This document shows, in pieces, positions 1 through 9,625 of a stretch of DNA of 64,000 nt. This stretch comes from an uncultured Pelagibacteraceae bacterium (GTDB lineage Bacteria > Pseudomonadota > Alphaproteobacteria > Pelagibacterales > AG-422-B15): assembly GCA_902622985.1 (NCBI GenBank), contig CACNSH010000002.1, positions 191,183 through 255,182 on the forward strand. Reading direction: 5' to 3'. The notes below the pieces were generated by a model. It made no database searches and was not told the origin of the DNA. It saw only the letters and a list, made by a program, of their open reading frames with translations. Position 1 is the first letter of the stretch. The number at the start of each line of letters is the position of its first letter. Position numbers and translations under genes: made by a program.

Positions 1-722
1 AGAACCCAGCAACACCCTAAGCAAAATAAACCATGCTTTAGACCCACATAGGCAACATTTCCGTATCCTTTAATAGGACCAGCCATTAGAAACGATAAGG
101 GGTTTCTGCATTTCTCAAGACATGTATCTTTCAAACTTGTAAATTGAAATACACCTGCTCCAACAAGAAATAATCCTGCAAGAATATTATTTTGTAATGT
201 TCCCATCATATCGACTACTCCGTTATTGTGAAAAATATATTGAAGAGTACATGCAATAAGTGAAAAAATTGTCCAAATTAAAATATAAGTGAATGAAATC
301 ACTATCATCTCAATAATAATATTCGACGATATTTGCATATTCGATCTCATCATTCTAAAAATATTTAAAAAGATAAATGTAGATGGAAGCATCATCGCAA
401 ACATCATGACGGTCCACATTACGAACATCACGATAAAATCATTTATTGTCCACTTTCCTGTCATTGGCATCATAAGAAAATTGATTGATGAGTTTTTTTC
501 ATTCATATTCATTGAGTCCATAGTCATTTCTGTATCAGACATCGAGTTCATTGACATTTCATTTTCTGACGCGGTTTCCATTGACATTGTCATTGGATTT
601 TTATTTTGCATCATTGAGTCCATTGGATTAGATGCCATGAGGAATAAATAGTACCAAGCTAAAGCAATTAGCAAGGTGAGAAAAAAAAGTGTGGTGATAT
701 ATTCAATTTTAAATGTTTTCAT
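1..722 (-). CDS. DUF2182 family predicted metal-binding integral membrane protein (3' end beyond window)
   Basis: Manually translated from ATG at 722 (TAATG overlap with upstream stop): MKTFKIEY...MWTVMMFAMMLPS...QFTSLKDTCLEKCRNP...CLGCCWV. These are hallmark DUF2182 motifs. Not in the ORF track because it is truncated. Confidence 0.85.
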   Translation of the reverse strand, partial: MKTFKIEYITTLFFLTLLIALAWYYLFLMASNPMDSMMQNKNPMTMSMETASENEMSMNSMSDTEMTMDSMNMNEKNSSINFLMMPMTGKWTINDFIVMFVMWTVMMFAMMLPSTFIFLNIFRMMRSNMQISSNIIIEMIVISFTYILIWTIFSLIACTLQYIFHNNGVVDMMGTLQNNILAGLFLVGAGVFQFTSLKDTCLEKCRNPLSFLMAGPIKGYGNVAYVGLKHGLFCLGCCWV

Positions 723-1177
723 TAATGTTCTGTATGATCATCTAAACTTTTTTGAGTTTCAACCTCAAAAAGCACTTTGATCTCGCCTGCATTTTCAAAT
801 ACTAAAGACCCTTCTAAACTTATTCCATGAGTTAATTCAATACTAAAATTTGAAAACATTATATGGTGCGTGCCGGGTTTGAGCGATTTAGCTTTTTGTG
901 GAGGGATTTCAATAAAATCAACTTTACTCATTATAACTATTCCATTCTCTACACTTGAATAATGTAACTCAGTATCTGCAAAGTCGGTAACAACTTTAAT
1001 TAAACGATCTGTCTCGAAACCCATGTTTACTATTTTCATATATCCAGCTGCAGGGCCTGATGAAATTACAAACTTAATGTGTGGGTGATTTATATTAATA
1101 TGATCTTTTTGAAATTGGTGAGCAGCTCCAATTTTTATAGAAACTAAAAACAAAATTATTATTAGTGCTTTATACAA
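722..1177 (-). CDS. Copper chaperone PCu(A)C
   Basis: Signal peptide; AAGYM, ELH-x10-M, LKPGTHHIM motif; His-rich tail. Confidence 0.88.
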   Translation of the reverse strand: MYKALIIILFLVSIKIGAAHQFQKDHININHPHIKFVISSGPAAGYMKIVNMGFETDRLIKVVTDFADTELHYSSVENGIVIMSKVDFIEIPPQKAKSLKPGTHHIMFSNFSIELTHGISLEGSLVFENAGEIKVLFEVETQKSLDDHTEH

Positions 1178-1180
1178 CCC

Positions 1181-1427
1181 TTAATCTCTCTCTGTCGAAA
1201 ACATACAGACATCGTTAACACAAGTTAAAACGCATAATAAGTTTTTATCTTTGTTATGATAAGATGCCCATAATTCAGTCTTTTCATGTTTTAAAAGAAG
1301 CTCAACATTAGCATCACAATTTTTTTTTGATGCTTGTTCAGATGCCAATTCTCTATATTTATTTGTTTCTATTATTTCGGAACAAGACAATAAAATAAAA
1401 AAAAATAAATATTGATATTTTATACAT
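1181..1427 (-). pseudogene. Small Cys-containing lipoprotein, frameshifted by one base in an A9/T9 tract (or a sequencing error)
   Basis: ATG at 1427 is out of frame with ORF 1181..1390. Removing one base of the tract at 1397-1405 gives MYKISIFIFFILLSC-SEII..., a signal peptide with lipobox LLSC. Confidence 0.6.
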
Positions 1428-1429
1428 TG

Positions 1430-2080
1430 TTATAGATTTTTTAAATCTTCAACCATTTGTTCAATACTAGAACCAAAGGGAAGTATGCTTCTTAATACAT
1501 CATTATCATCAAAAATATAATAGAAAGCAGTATGTTGAACCATGTAATTTTTTTCTTTATTACTTATTTCATCAGATTGTTCAGATGAACCTAGATAATT
1601 TTGATGTTCTGAATTTGTTGCCGGCTCTACATGTACAAAAAAATCTTTCCATATTGGCATAAGATTTTCATATGTCCCCGTTAAACCAATTAAATTATTG
1701 CTAAAGTTGCTAAGAAATTCTTTTAATCGGTCAGGGCTATCCCTAGCAGGATCAACTGTTACAAAGAAAAATTTTATATTTTCTATTGAATGGTTTTCTC
1801 TATTTAATTGATCAATGGCATTACTCATAAGATTTGCACTAATTGGACAAATATCTGGGCAATGAGTAAAGCCAAAAAAGAATACTTTACTATATCCGCT
1901 ATAAGTTCTTTCACTTACATCAACTCCAAAATGGTCAACTGCTGTGAATTTTAAATCTATATCATTTGATACTTCTGAAGTATTGTCTCTAAATAATTCA
2001 GAAACTGCCCAACCAGCGACGACTGCTAATATAATTATTGAGAGGAATAAAAGTTGATTAACTCTACCTCTTGAAATCAT
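1430..2080 (-). CDS. SCO1/SenC family copper chaperone
   Basis: N-terminal TM helix, FGFTHCPDICP (CxxxC), VTVDPARD, conserved His (VQHT). Confidence 0.93.
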   Translation of the reverse strand: MISRGRVNQLLFLSIIILAVVAGWAVSELFRDNTSEVSNDIDLKFTAVDHFGVDVSERTYSGYSKVFFFGFTHCPDICPISANLMSNAIDQLNRENHSIENIKFFFVTVDPARDSPDRLKEFLSNFSNNLIGLTGTYENLMPIWKDFFVHVEPATNSEHQNYLGSSEQSDEISNKEKNYMVQHTAFYYIFDDNDVLRSILPFGSSIEQMVEDLKNL

Positions 2081-3216
2081 TATTCCATTTTTTCGAGTCT
2101 AGAACTAAATGGTAAAGGGACAACTTCAACTTCTCGTTTCTCTCCATCATGATCAATCTGATAAACTTCTTCTGAATTAATTAAATCAATATCAATGAAC
2201 CCTAAGGCAATATTGCATCCAAAGTTTGGGCTATAAATACAGCTGGTTACAAATCCTTTTTTTTCAGAGTTATTGTCAAACAATGGTATTCTTGCCATAT
2301 TATAACCAATTTTCTTTCCTGAAATTTTAAAACCAGTGAATTGTTTTTTAATGCCCTCTTCTCTTATTTTTAAGAGAGCATCTTTTCCTACAAAGTCCGC
2401 TTCTTGATCAAGATCATAAAATTTTGGTAAGTTTAGTTCTAAAGGGTTCTCAGCTAATGAGGTATCTCCTTGGTGGGAAATCATACCGGCTTCAATTCTA
2501 TCTATTTGATTAGGACAACTTGGTACAATTTTAAACTCTTTTCCTGCTTCCATTAATGCATTCCATAATGCCGGACCATCTACTTCTCTTGTTATATAAA
2601 TTTCGTATCCAAACTGATTACTCCAACCGCTGCGTGCAATGATGATATCTAATCCAAATAAGTTAGTTTCGATAAATTGATAATATTTTAATCCCATAAT
2701 AACTGGATCATCATTTGTAGCTTTTCTCATGAGTTCTTTTGCGCGCGGGCCTTGCAATGAAAGCGGACAAGCTTCAGGCTCCGAAATTTTAACATTAAAC
2801 TTACCAGATAAAGCAACGCCTTTACACCATAGTATCGCATCAGAATCTGCAATACTCAGCCAATACTTATTTTCATTAAACTTTAAAATTAATGGATCAT
2901 TTATGATTCCACCATTTTCATCTGTCATAAATGCGTAACGACAAAACCCATCTTTAAAAGTTGATAGATTTCTTGGCGTCATATACTGAACAAATTTAGC
3001 GGCGTCTTCTCCAATAATTTCAATTTGTCTCTCTGCTGCCACATCCCATAATGTTACATCGTTTATTAATGATTGGTATTCCTCCTCAGGAGTCGTATAG
3101 CCAACAGGCATCGTCATACGGTTATAAGTTGTAAAATTGGTAGCGCCGTATTTTAGTGTCTCTTCAAAGAAAGGTGATTTTCTAATCCTTGGGGTGTATA
3201 TAATACCTTTTGACAT
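2080..3216 (-). CDS. GcvT-family aminomethyltransferase, DMSP demethylase DmdA-like
   Basis: RIRKSPF, WDVAAERQIEI, INDP, WLSIADSD, ARSGWS, CPNQIDRIE motifs typical of the DmdA clade; SD AGGAGA. Confidence 0.8.
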   Translation of the reverse strand: MSKGIIYTPRIRKSPFFEETLKYGATNFTTYNRMTMPVGYTTPEEEYQSLINDVTLWDVAAERQIEIIGEDAAKFVQYMTPRNLSTFKDGFCRYAFMTDENGGIINDPLILKFNENKYWLSIADSDAILWCKGVALSGKFNVKISEPEACPLSLQGPRAKELMRKATNDDPVIMGLKYYQFIETNLFGLDIIIARSGWSNQFGYEIYITREVDGPALWNALMEAGKEFKIVPSCPNQIDRIEAGMISHQGDTSLAENPLELNLPKFYDLDQEADFVGKDALLKIREEGIKKQFTGFKISGKKIGYNMARIPLFDNNSEKKGFVTSCIYSPNFGCNIALGFIDIDLINSEEVYQIDHDGEKREVEVVPLPFSSRLEKME

Positions 3217-3230
3217 TCTGTTCTCCTTAA

Positions 3231-3269
3231 TGATCAGACCTTATAGACCATAAAGTCATAAAAAGTAAA
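3231..3269 (-). promoter_or_regulatory. Putative promoter/operator TTTACTT-N12-TGGTCTATAAGGTCTGATC
   Basis: -35/-10-like spacing; GGTCT half-sites resemble GntR/FadR-type boxes; same architecture at 6271-6300. Confidence 0.4.
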
Positions 3270-3321
3270 TCCTTTTCCTAAGTTTCTACTTACTAATTAA
3301 AACTATAAATGCTAAAAAATA

Positions 3322-4248
3322 ATGATGAGCAAAAGATATGAAAATTTAATGAAACGTATTCATGCCGGAGAAAATATTCTTCTTGATGGGGCCACTGGTT
3401 CGGAGCTTGAAAACCGTGGTATTAAAATGGATAATTCTTGGTGTGGCACAGCTTCCTTAGAGAGCGATACATTAAAGCAAATACATAAAGATTATATTGA
3501 GGCTGGCTCAAGTATTATAACTACAAATACTTATGCAACAAATCGAATGATCTTAGAAACCGCGGGGGTAGATAATCAATTCAAAGAAATAAATCTAAGT
3601 GCAATAAATGCAGCTCTGGAAGCAAGGGAAGAATGTGGTAGAGATGATGTACTTATAGCTGGGTCCTTGTCTCATCAAATACCGTATGAGGATGCTTTTG
3701 AAACACAAGAGGAAAGAGAGAAATTTAAAAAAAAACTCACACCCGAATATTTTCAAAAGTCTTTTGATGAGCTCGCTTTTTTTCTAGCCGATAATGGGTG
3801 CGATTTTATTCTACTAGAGTTAATGTATCGACCAGATCGAATTGAAATAATTTTTGACTCAGCAAGTAAGGCTGGATTGCCTGTGTGGGCTGGATTCTCA
3901 TCTAGAAATAAAGACGGGTTAATAGCCCTTACTACAGACTATGACTATAGTTTTAAAAAAATGATTAGTAATGTCAAACATCATAAATTGGATGCTGTAG
4001 GAATAATGCATTGTGAAATTAATGTAATAGAACAAAGTATTAAAGAACTTAAAGAAGTATATGACCTTCCTGTTATGGCGTATCCAGAAGTAGCGGTATT
4101 TAATTTTCCACACTACGACATGAGCAATGTAATTTCTCCTGATGATTATTTAATTGAAGCAAAAAAGTGGAAGGATGCTGGAGCGCAAATTATAGGTGGA
4201 TGTTGCGGCACTACAGTTGAACACATTAAAGTACTCAATCAATTATAG
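3322..4248 (+). CDS. Homocysteine S-methyltransferase family protein
   Basis: LLDGATGSELE, HKDYIEAGS, TTNTY, Zn ligands GIMHC and GGCCG. Confidence 0.9.
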   Translation: MMSKRYENLMKRIHAGENILLDGATGSELENRGIKMDNSWCGTASLESDTLKQIHKDYIEAGSSIITTNTYATNRMILETAGVDNQFKEINLSAINAALEAREECGRDDVLIAGSLSHQIPYEDAFETQEEREKFKKKLTPEYFQKSFDELAFFLADNGCDFILLELMYRPDRIEIIFDSASKAGLPVWAGFSSRNKDGLIALTTDYDYSFKKMISNVKHHKLDAVGIMHCEINVIEQSIKELKEVYDLPVMAYPEVAVFNFPHYDMSNVISPDDYLIEAKKWKDAGAQIIGGCCGTTVEHIKVLNQL

Positions 4249-5160
4249 TTAGCCCGTATCTTCTTCAGTCTTTGATGCAAATATTATTTCTGTTAATCCA
4301 GCAAATATAATGAAAGAGCTGCCTAATATTTCTCGCCATCCAATAAGCTCGTCTGTTAATACCGCGGCACTGAAAGTTCCTACAACTATTTCAAAAAGTA
4401 TAATTATAGAAAATATGCCTGCACCAATTCTACTTGGTGCACCTAAGATCACTATATTTGTCGGTATATGAAATAAAATTGCAATTAAAATTAGCCACGG
4501 CATCATTGCAACCCATGACTCTATTGATGGAGCATCACCTAGGTAGTCGCTCAAGAAATATGATTGTATTAATGTAAATAAGCCTCCATAAAAAAAGAAT
4601 GAAAATAATATAGGATATATTCCCTCTGGCTTTTTTATCTCCATTCTAACTGCTGATGCGGCAATAAGAATTCCGCCTAATAAAGCAATCCAATCACCAG
4701 AATTTTGTGGTAAGGGTATCACGCCTTCTTGACCAAAAACTATCCAAACACCAGATAGTGCAAGAGCTAATGTTATGTATCTATAAAAACGTGGAATTTG
4801 TCTAAGAAATACTATTTCAAAAATAGTTGTCCAAACTGGGGTTATATAAAAGAGTATTAAAGCTCTAACTACATCTGTCAGTAAAAAACTATTAGCGTAG
4901 CAAGCAATACCTCCTCCAAACAAAAGTCCAATTAGAGGATACTCTAGGCCAAAAGACTGACCTTTATAGAGCCTCCAAAGTGATATTGGAAGCAGCATTG
5001 CAAAAGGTATAACCATTTGAGAAATCGTTGCCCATCCGCCCGTTAAACCACCAGCCTCTAACGCTCTTTGAGGGATCCAGAATAAACCCCACATACCCGC
5101 AGCGATTAATAATGCAAAGCTAATTGTATAATAGTAAGGATGTCTTGATGAGGTGATCAT
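4249..5160 (-). CDS. DMT/EamA family transporter
   Basis: About 10 TM helices; WGLFWIP, LFYITPVW, FEIVVG. Confidence 0.85.
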   Translation of the reverse strand: MITSSRHPYYYTISFALLIAAGMWGLFWIPQRALEAGGLTGGWATISQMVIPFAMLLPISLWRLYKGQSFGLEYPLIGLLFGGGIACYANSFLLTDVVRALILFYITPVWTTIFEIVFLRQIPRFYRYITLALALSGVWIVFGQEGVIPLPQNSGDWIALLGGILIAASAVRMEIKKPEGIYPILFSFFFYGGLFTLIQSYFLSDYLGDAPSIESWVAMMPWLILIAILFHIPTNIVILGAPSRIGAGIFSIIILFEIVVGTFSAAVLTDELIGWREILGSSFIIFAGLTEIIFASKTEEDTG

Positions 5161-5171
5161 AAAAGTTAACT

Positions 5172-5206
5172 AAAAAAAAGGCCTTGCACAAAAGTAACAA
5201 GGCCTT
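5172..5206 (-). terminator. Intrinsic terminator after the substrate-binding protein gene
   Basis: AAGGCCTTG/CAAGGCCTT stem followed by a T8 tract on the minus strand. Confidence 0.75.
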
Positions 5207-5231
5207 AATTTTCTGATTTAGCTATTTAGAC

Positions 5232-6236
5232 TTACGGAAGCCAAGCTTTCCATTCGTCTGTACTGTTTTTCCATTCAGCAACAGCTTCTTCGACAGATAA
5301 TCCGTCGTCACCAACTCTTACAAGCATTTTTGCTTGATCCGTGTTAGAGAAAGCCATTTTTTTGAAGAATGCAACTGCTTCAGCGTTCTCAGGTTTAGAC
5401 ATAACTTCAGGATTCATATAATTCATCGTGTAGTCTTTATCCCAACCTGTAGCAGGCCATGCTGCAGTTCCACAATCTTGCCAGTTATTAGCTTCAGTAA
5501 AACTATCACAGTATTTGTATGCTGGTAGTTTTACACCAACCATTTCATTCTTACCGAAGAAAAAGTGTGGTTCCCAAAGATACAGAAGGAATGCTTCACC
5601 TCTATCATAAGCTCCTTGAGCTTCCGCTAGAGCTGCAACCTCAGTACCTAGTTCTGATGCTTCAAAATCAATTCCTAAAAGATCTAATCTTTTTTGGTCA
5701 TGACAGTTCCAACCAGCAACTGGACATCCAATCAATCTACCTTTTGAACCTGTTTCAGGTGTCGCAAATTGATCTTTGTATTTATTTAAATCTGACCAGT
5801 CTTTAAAATCTGGGTTAGCGTCAACAAAGTATTTTGGAACATAGTAATCTGACATTCCAATGATACCACTTGTGTACGCATCAACAGATCCATCACCAGA
5901 ATACTCTTTTACAACTTCTCCGTCATAAACAAGATTCATGTTGATCATTACATCGTCAGCCTCAGCATAACTTGGCCAACTTTCACATGCGAAGTCAATA
6001 TCGCCAGCGGCAATAGCTTCCCATAGACCTGTTCCTGAAGCGAATTCTATTCTATCAACTCTGTAGCCTAGCTCTTCTTCAAGGATAGCAACTGCAACCT
6101 GACATGTTAATTCTCCACCAGTCCAGTCAGCAACAGCGGCTGTTAAACGCTTAGCGTTGGCAGTACCTGCCGAAAGAACTAAAAAAGAAGACAAAATCAG
6201 GGCAGCAAAAGTTTTTGCAAATAATGAATTTTTCAT
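5232..6236 (-). CDS. Glycine betaine/ProX-like ABC transporter substrate-binding protein
   Basis: Signal peptide; DWTG, GDID, YYVPKY, GCPVAGW, LWEPH motifs of the OpuAC/ProX family. Confidence 0.88.
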   Translation of the reverse strand: MKNSLFAKTFAALILSSFLVLSAGTANAKRLTAAVADWTGGELTCQVAVAILEEELGYRVDRIEFASGTGLWEAIAAGDIDFACESWPSYAEADDVMINMNLVYDGEVVKEYSGDGSVDAYTSGIIGMSDYYVPKYFVDANPDFKDWSDLNKYKDQFATPETGSKGRLIGCPVAGWNCHDQKRLDLLGIDFEASELGTEVAALAEAQGAYDRGEAFLLYLWEPHFFFGKNEMVGVKLPAYKYCDSFTEANNWQDCGTAAWPATGWDKDYTMNYMNPEVMSKPENAEAVAFFKKMAFSNTDQAKMLVRVGDDGLSVEEAVAEWKNSTDEWKAWLP

Positions 6237-6270
6237 TAATTTCCCCTTTTTATTAATTAATTAATTAATA

Positions 6271-6300
6271 ATTCTAGACCAAAAAAGATGAATAAGTAAA
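6271..6300 (-). promoter_or_regulatory. Putative promoter TTTACTT-N12-TGGTCTAGAAT
   Basis: TAGAAT -10 box; matches the element upstream of the dmdA-like gene. Confidence 0.4.
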
Positions 6301-6357
6301 CCGCTTTATCAACATTTTTTGAAGAAAAGTATCAGGAAATATGTATATAAATTAGAT

Positions 6358-8478
6358 CTATAAACCTAGGGCATCTCTTTGCTTTTTTGTCCATGCAAGA
6401 CTGATACGGTCAATTATCATGGCTAATAAACAAATTCCTATGCCAGCAGCAAGAGCTCTACCAGTATCTGATCGAGCTAAGCCATTAAATACCTCAAGAC
6501 CTAGCCCTTTACCACCAATGAGAGGTGTGACAATCTGCATCGCAAAAGCCATCATGACTGTTTGATTGAAACCCATAACCAAACTAGGAACTGCTAGAGG
6601 AAATTTTATCTTATTGAGAGTCTGAATTGTAGTGCCTCCAAATGACTTTGATACTTCTGAATATGTAGAAGAAACTTGAGACAGGCCCAATACAGTTAAA
6701 CGTATTATTGGAGGTATGGAGTATATAATTGTTGCAAGTAATGCAGAAAATGCCCCACCACCAAAAAACATTAAAACTGGAACAAGGTAACAAAAATATG
6801 GCAATGTTTGCATTGCATCTAATATTACCTCGTTGATATTTTGAAATCTCTTACTGTAAGATGCTAAGATACCTATTGGCACACCAATTACAAAACATAA
6901 AAGAACTGAGATAAGAACTGATGAAAGAGTAATCATTGCTTCAGTCCAAATATTGCAAGCGCCGATGAATGCTAGAAGGATGGCAGTAATAATCGCAAAT
7001 CTAATTCCAACAGATTTCCAGCTGATTAGAACCAATGCGCCAATTGTAAACCAATATGGTAAATATGTGAGATAAAAATCAAATGGTCTTAGAAGGTAAA
7101 TAACAACAGTTGATCTGATTGTTTTGGTTATTGAAATAAACGTATCATTTACAACCAATGATTTTACACCAGCAGAAATTTCTTCTCTTATTGACAGATT
7201 CCATGCTTCAGGAAATGTTCCTATTGCAGCAACATTTGCATCATAATAAACGATGCCAATCAATATTAATAATCCAGAGAAAAAGAAATAATGAGCATTT
7301 ATAAATTGTGCAATCGCTGAGCCGTAATCCTTATTAAATAAAGAAATTACTGAATTTAAAATGAAAGAAAATATTCGAATGACGCTTGAGAATACAAATG
7401 CAAATGCAAAATGAATTAATTGTAGAGGTTTTTCAACCTGTCTAGCAATGGGATAAATATCCCATGTTTGCGGTAAAAGATAAAATTTTTGACTATCGGA
7501 TGGCAAAGTAACTGTCTCCCGACTAGCGGCTTTACCAAATCTATCGAACATGATTGCCATTAAAAGAACGCAAATACCTCCTTCCAAAGCAGCTCCAACT
7601 TCTAGTTTTTTTATCGATACCCAAATATCTGAACCTAAACCTTGAGCCCCAATAAACGTTGCTAAAACAACCAAGGCCAATGCCATCATTATTGTTTGGT
7701 TAACGCCCATCATGATGCTTGGGAGAGCTAATGGAATTTGTACTTTAAATAAAATTTGGCTCTTACTAGAACCAAAAGCTGTTGCTGTTTCTACTGTTTC
7801 ATTTGGGACCTGACGTATACCTAAGTTTGTCAGACGAATAATAGGAGGCATTGAATAAATCATTGTTGCAAGAATTGCAGGCGCGCCTCCGATTCCAAAG
7901 AAAAACATTGCAGGGATAAGATAAACAAATGCAGGCATCACTTGCATTATATCGAGAGCTGGTTTCATATTTCTCTCAAAACGATCACTTAATGCACAGA
8001 AAATACCAAGTATTACTCCAACAGCTACAGATAAGAATACTGATAGACCCATAAGAGCAAGAGTTTCCATAGCAGAGTCCCAAAGCCCAACCATTCCCCA
8101 ATACATGGTGCCAAAAAGAACCAGAAAACCTAATTTAATTCCACCGAATGCAAGTGATGGAATAAGCAATAGCGCCGATATAAATACCCAAGATGAATCC
8201 AGTAAAAAATCCTCGAGCATCCAATAAAGGTCTTTTACATAACCAGCAACCATCCTTGTATAAACTTTAATATTATCTTTTAAAAAATCTTCACCAGCAT
8301 TGACCCAAGCTGTAAAAGTAAAAGCGTCAGTTATAAAGACAGGAAATTCAGAAACATCTTCTCCTTGAAATGCAAGCCAGATTGAAGCTAGAATTGCAGC
8401 AAAAATTAGCCCAGGAATGATACGACTCTGAGTACTACTTTTAGAAGATAAAAGAGATGTATCTTGCGTTAATGCCAT
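6358..8478 (-). CDS. ProW-like ABC permease with two fused permease domains
   Basis: Duplicated LDxMQxxPxFxYLxP and PPIIRLT motifs, plus EAA-loop-like segments. Confidence 0.92.
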   Translation of the reverse strand: MALTQDTSLLSSKSSTQSRIIPGLIFAAILASIWLAFQGEDVSEFPVFITDAFTFTAWVNAGEDFLKDNIKVYTRMVAGYVKDLYWMLEDFLLDSSWVFISALLLIPSLAFGGIKLGFLVLFGTMYWGMVGLWDSAMETLALMGLSVFLSVAVGVILGIFCALSDRFERNMKPALDIMQVMPAFVYLIPAMFFFGIGGAPAILATMIYSMPPIIRLTNLGIRQVPNETVETATAFGSSKSQILFKVQIPLALPSIMMGVNQTIMMALALVVLATFIGAQGLGSDIWVSIKKLEVGAALEGGICVLLMAIMFDRFGKAASRETVTLPSDSQKFYLLPQTWDIYPIARQVEKPLQLIHFAFAFVFSSVIRIFSFILNSVISLFNKDYGSAIAQFINAHYFFFSGLLILIGIVYYDANVAAIGTFPEAWNLSIREEISAGVKSLVVNDTFISITKTIRSTVVIYLLRPFDFYLTYLPYWFTIGALVLISWKSVGIRFAIITAILLAFIGACNIWTEAMITLSSVLISVLLCFVIGVPIGILASYSKRFQNINEVILDAMQTLPYFCYLVPVLMFFGGGAFSALLATIIYSIPPIIRLTVLGLSQVSSTYSEVSKSFGGTTIQTLNKIKFPLAVPSLVMGFNQTVMMAFAMQIVTPLIGGKGLGLEVFNGLARSDTGRALAAGIGICLLAMIIDRISLAWTKKQRDALGL

Positions 8479-8564
8479 ATAAAATAGTATTCCTTAAGGT
8501 TAAATAAATTATTCAAAAATCCTCAACATAGTATAACATTCAGCAGATAAAGCACTCAAAAATA

Positions 8565-9605
8565 ATGGAAAAAAATGACAAAATAGTATGCACAAATATA
8601 TGGAAAGTATTTGGGCCGAATGAAAAAAATGTTCTTACAAATTTAGACAAAAATCTTTCAAGAAGTGAAGTGCAAGAAAAAACTGGACATGTGGTTGCAG
8701 TTAAAGATGTAAGTTTCTCAGTTCAAAAAGGTGAAACGTTTGTTGTAATGGGTTTATCAGGCAGTGGTAAATCTACATTAGTAAGATGTTTATCAAGACT
8801 GATTGAGCCAACAGCGGGTGAGGTAAAAATTGACAATCAAGATGTAACACAGATGAGTAATAAAGATTTAACAGATCTTAGGCGTAATAGAATGAGTATG
8901 GTATTTCAGCACTTTGGTCTTTTCCCTCATCGAAGAGTGATAGAAAATATTGGCTATGGACTTGAAATAAGGGGAGTAAAGAAAAAAGATCGATTAGATA
9001 AGTCAATGGAAACACTTAAACTTGTAGGACTAGAAGGATGGGATCAACATTACCCTCGCGAATTGTCAGGTGGAATGCAACAAAGAGTTGGACTAGCTAG
9101 AGCTCTAGCAGTTGATCCAGAGATTCTAATTTTTGACGAACCTTTCTCAGCACTGGATCCATTGATAAGAAGGGAAATGCAAGACGAGTTAATTAGCATT
9201 CAAAAAATGGTTCAAAAAACAATGGTATTTATTACGCATGATTTTTCTGAAGCTATTAAAATGGGTGATCATATTGCGATAATGAAAGATGGAGAAATAT
9301 CACAAGTTGGTACACCAGAGGAAATTGTTGCAAATCCTGTGGATCAATATGTAAAAGACTTCACTGAAGATGTTCCCAAATACAAAGTTTTAAGTGCGGG
9401 TAAATGCGCAAGAAAAGAATGCTGCGAAGATACAAAAACCCTGTTCGCCCAGGGCAATGAGTGTATTAAAAGTGACGTTAAAATCGATACTTTAATTAAT
9501 CAGATAGCTGACACTGACAAAAAATATCCTGTAATCGATGCAGTTTCAGGAGAACTAATTGGTGAAATTGATCGGTCAATAGTCTTAAAATCAATGACAT
9601 CTTAA
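8565..9605 (+). CDS. ProV-like ABC transporter ATP-binding protein
   Basis: Walker A GLSGSGKST, LSGGMQQR, DEPFSALDPLIR. Confidence 0.93.
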   Translation: MEKNDKIVCTNIWKVFGPNEKNVLTNLDKNLSRSEVQEKTGHVVAVKDVSFSVQKGETFVVMGLSGSGKSTLVRCLSRLIEPTAGEVKIDNQDVTQMSNKDLTDLRRNRMSMVFQHFGLFPHRRVIENIGYGLEIRGVKKKDRLDKSMETLKLVGLEGWDQHYPRELSGGMQQRVGLARALAVDPEILIFDEPFSALDPLIRREMQDELISIQKMVQKTMVFITHDFSEAIKMGDHIAIMKDGEISQVGTPEEIVANPVDQYVKDFTEDVPKYKVLSAGKCARKECCEDTKTLFAQGNECIKSDVKIDTLINQIADTDKKYPVIDAVSGELIGEIDRSIVLKSMTS

Positions 9606-9625
9606 TTAATTTGAATAAATAAACC

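Noticed and set aside
289-651. 120-aa Ile-rich plus-strand ORF
   Set aside because: Antisense shadow of the Met-rich DUF2182 gene.
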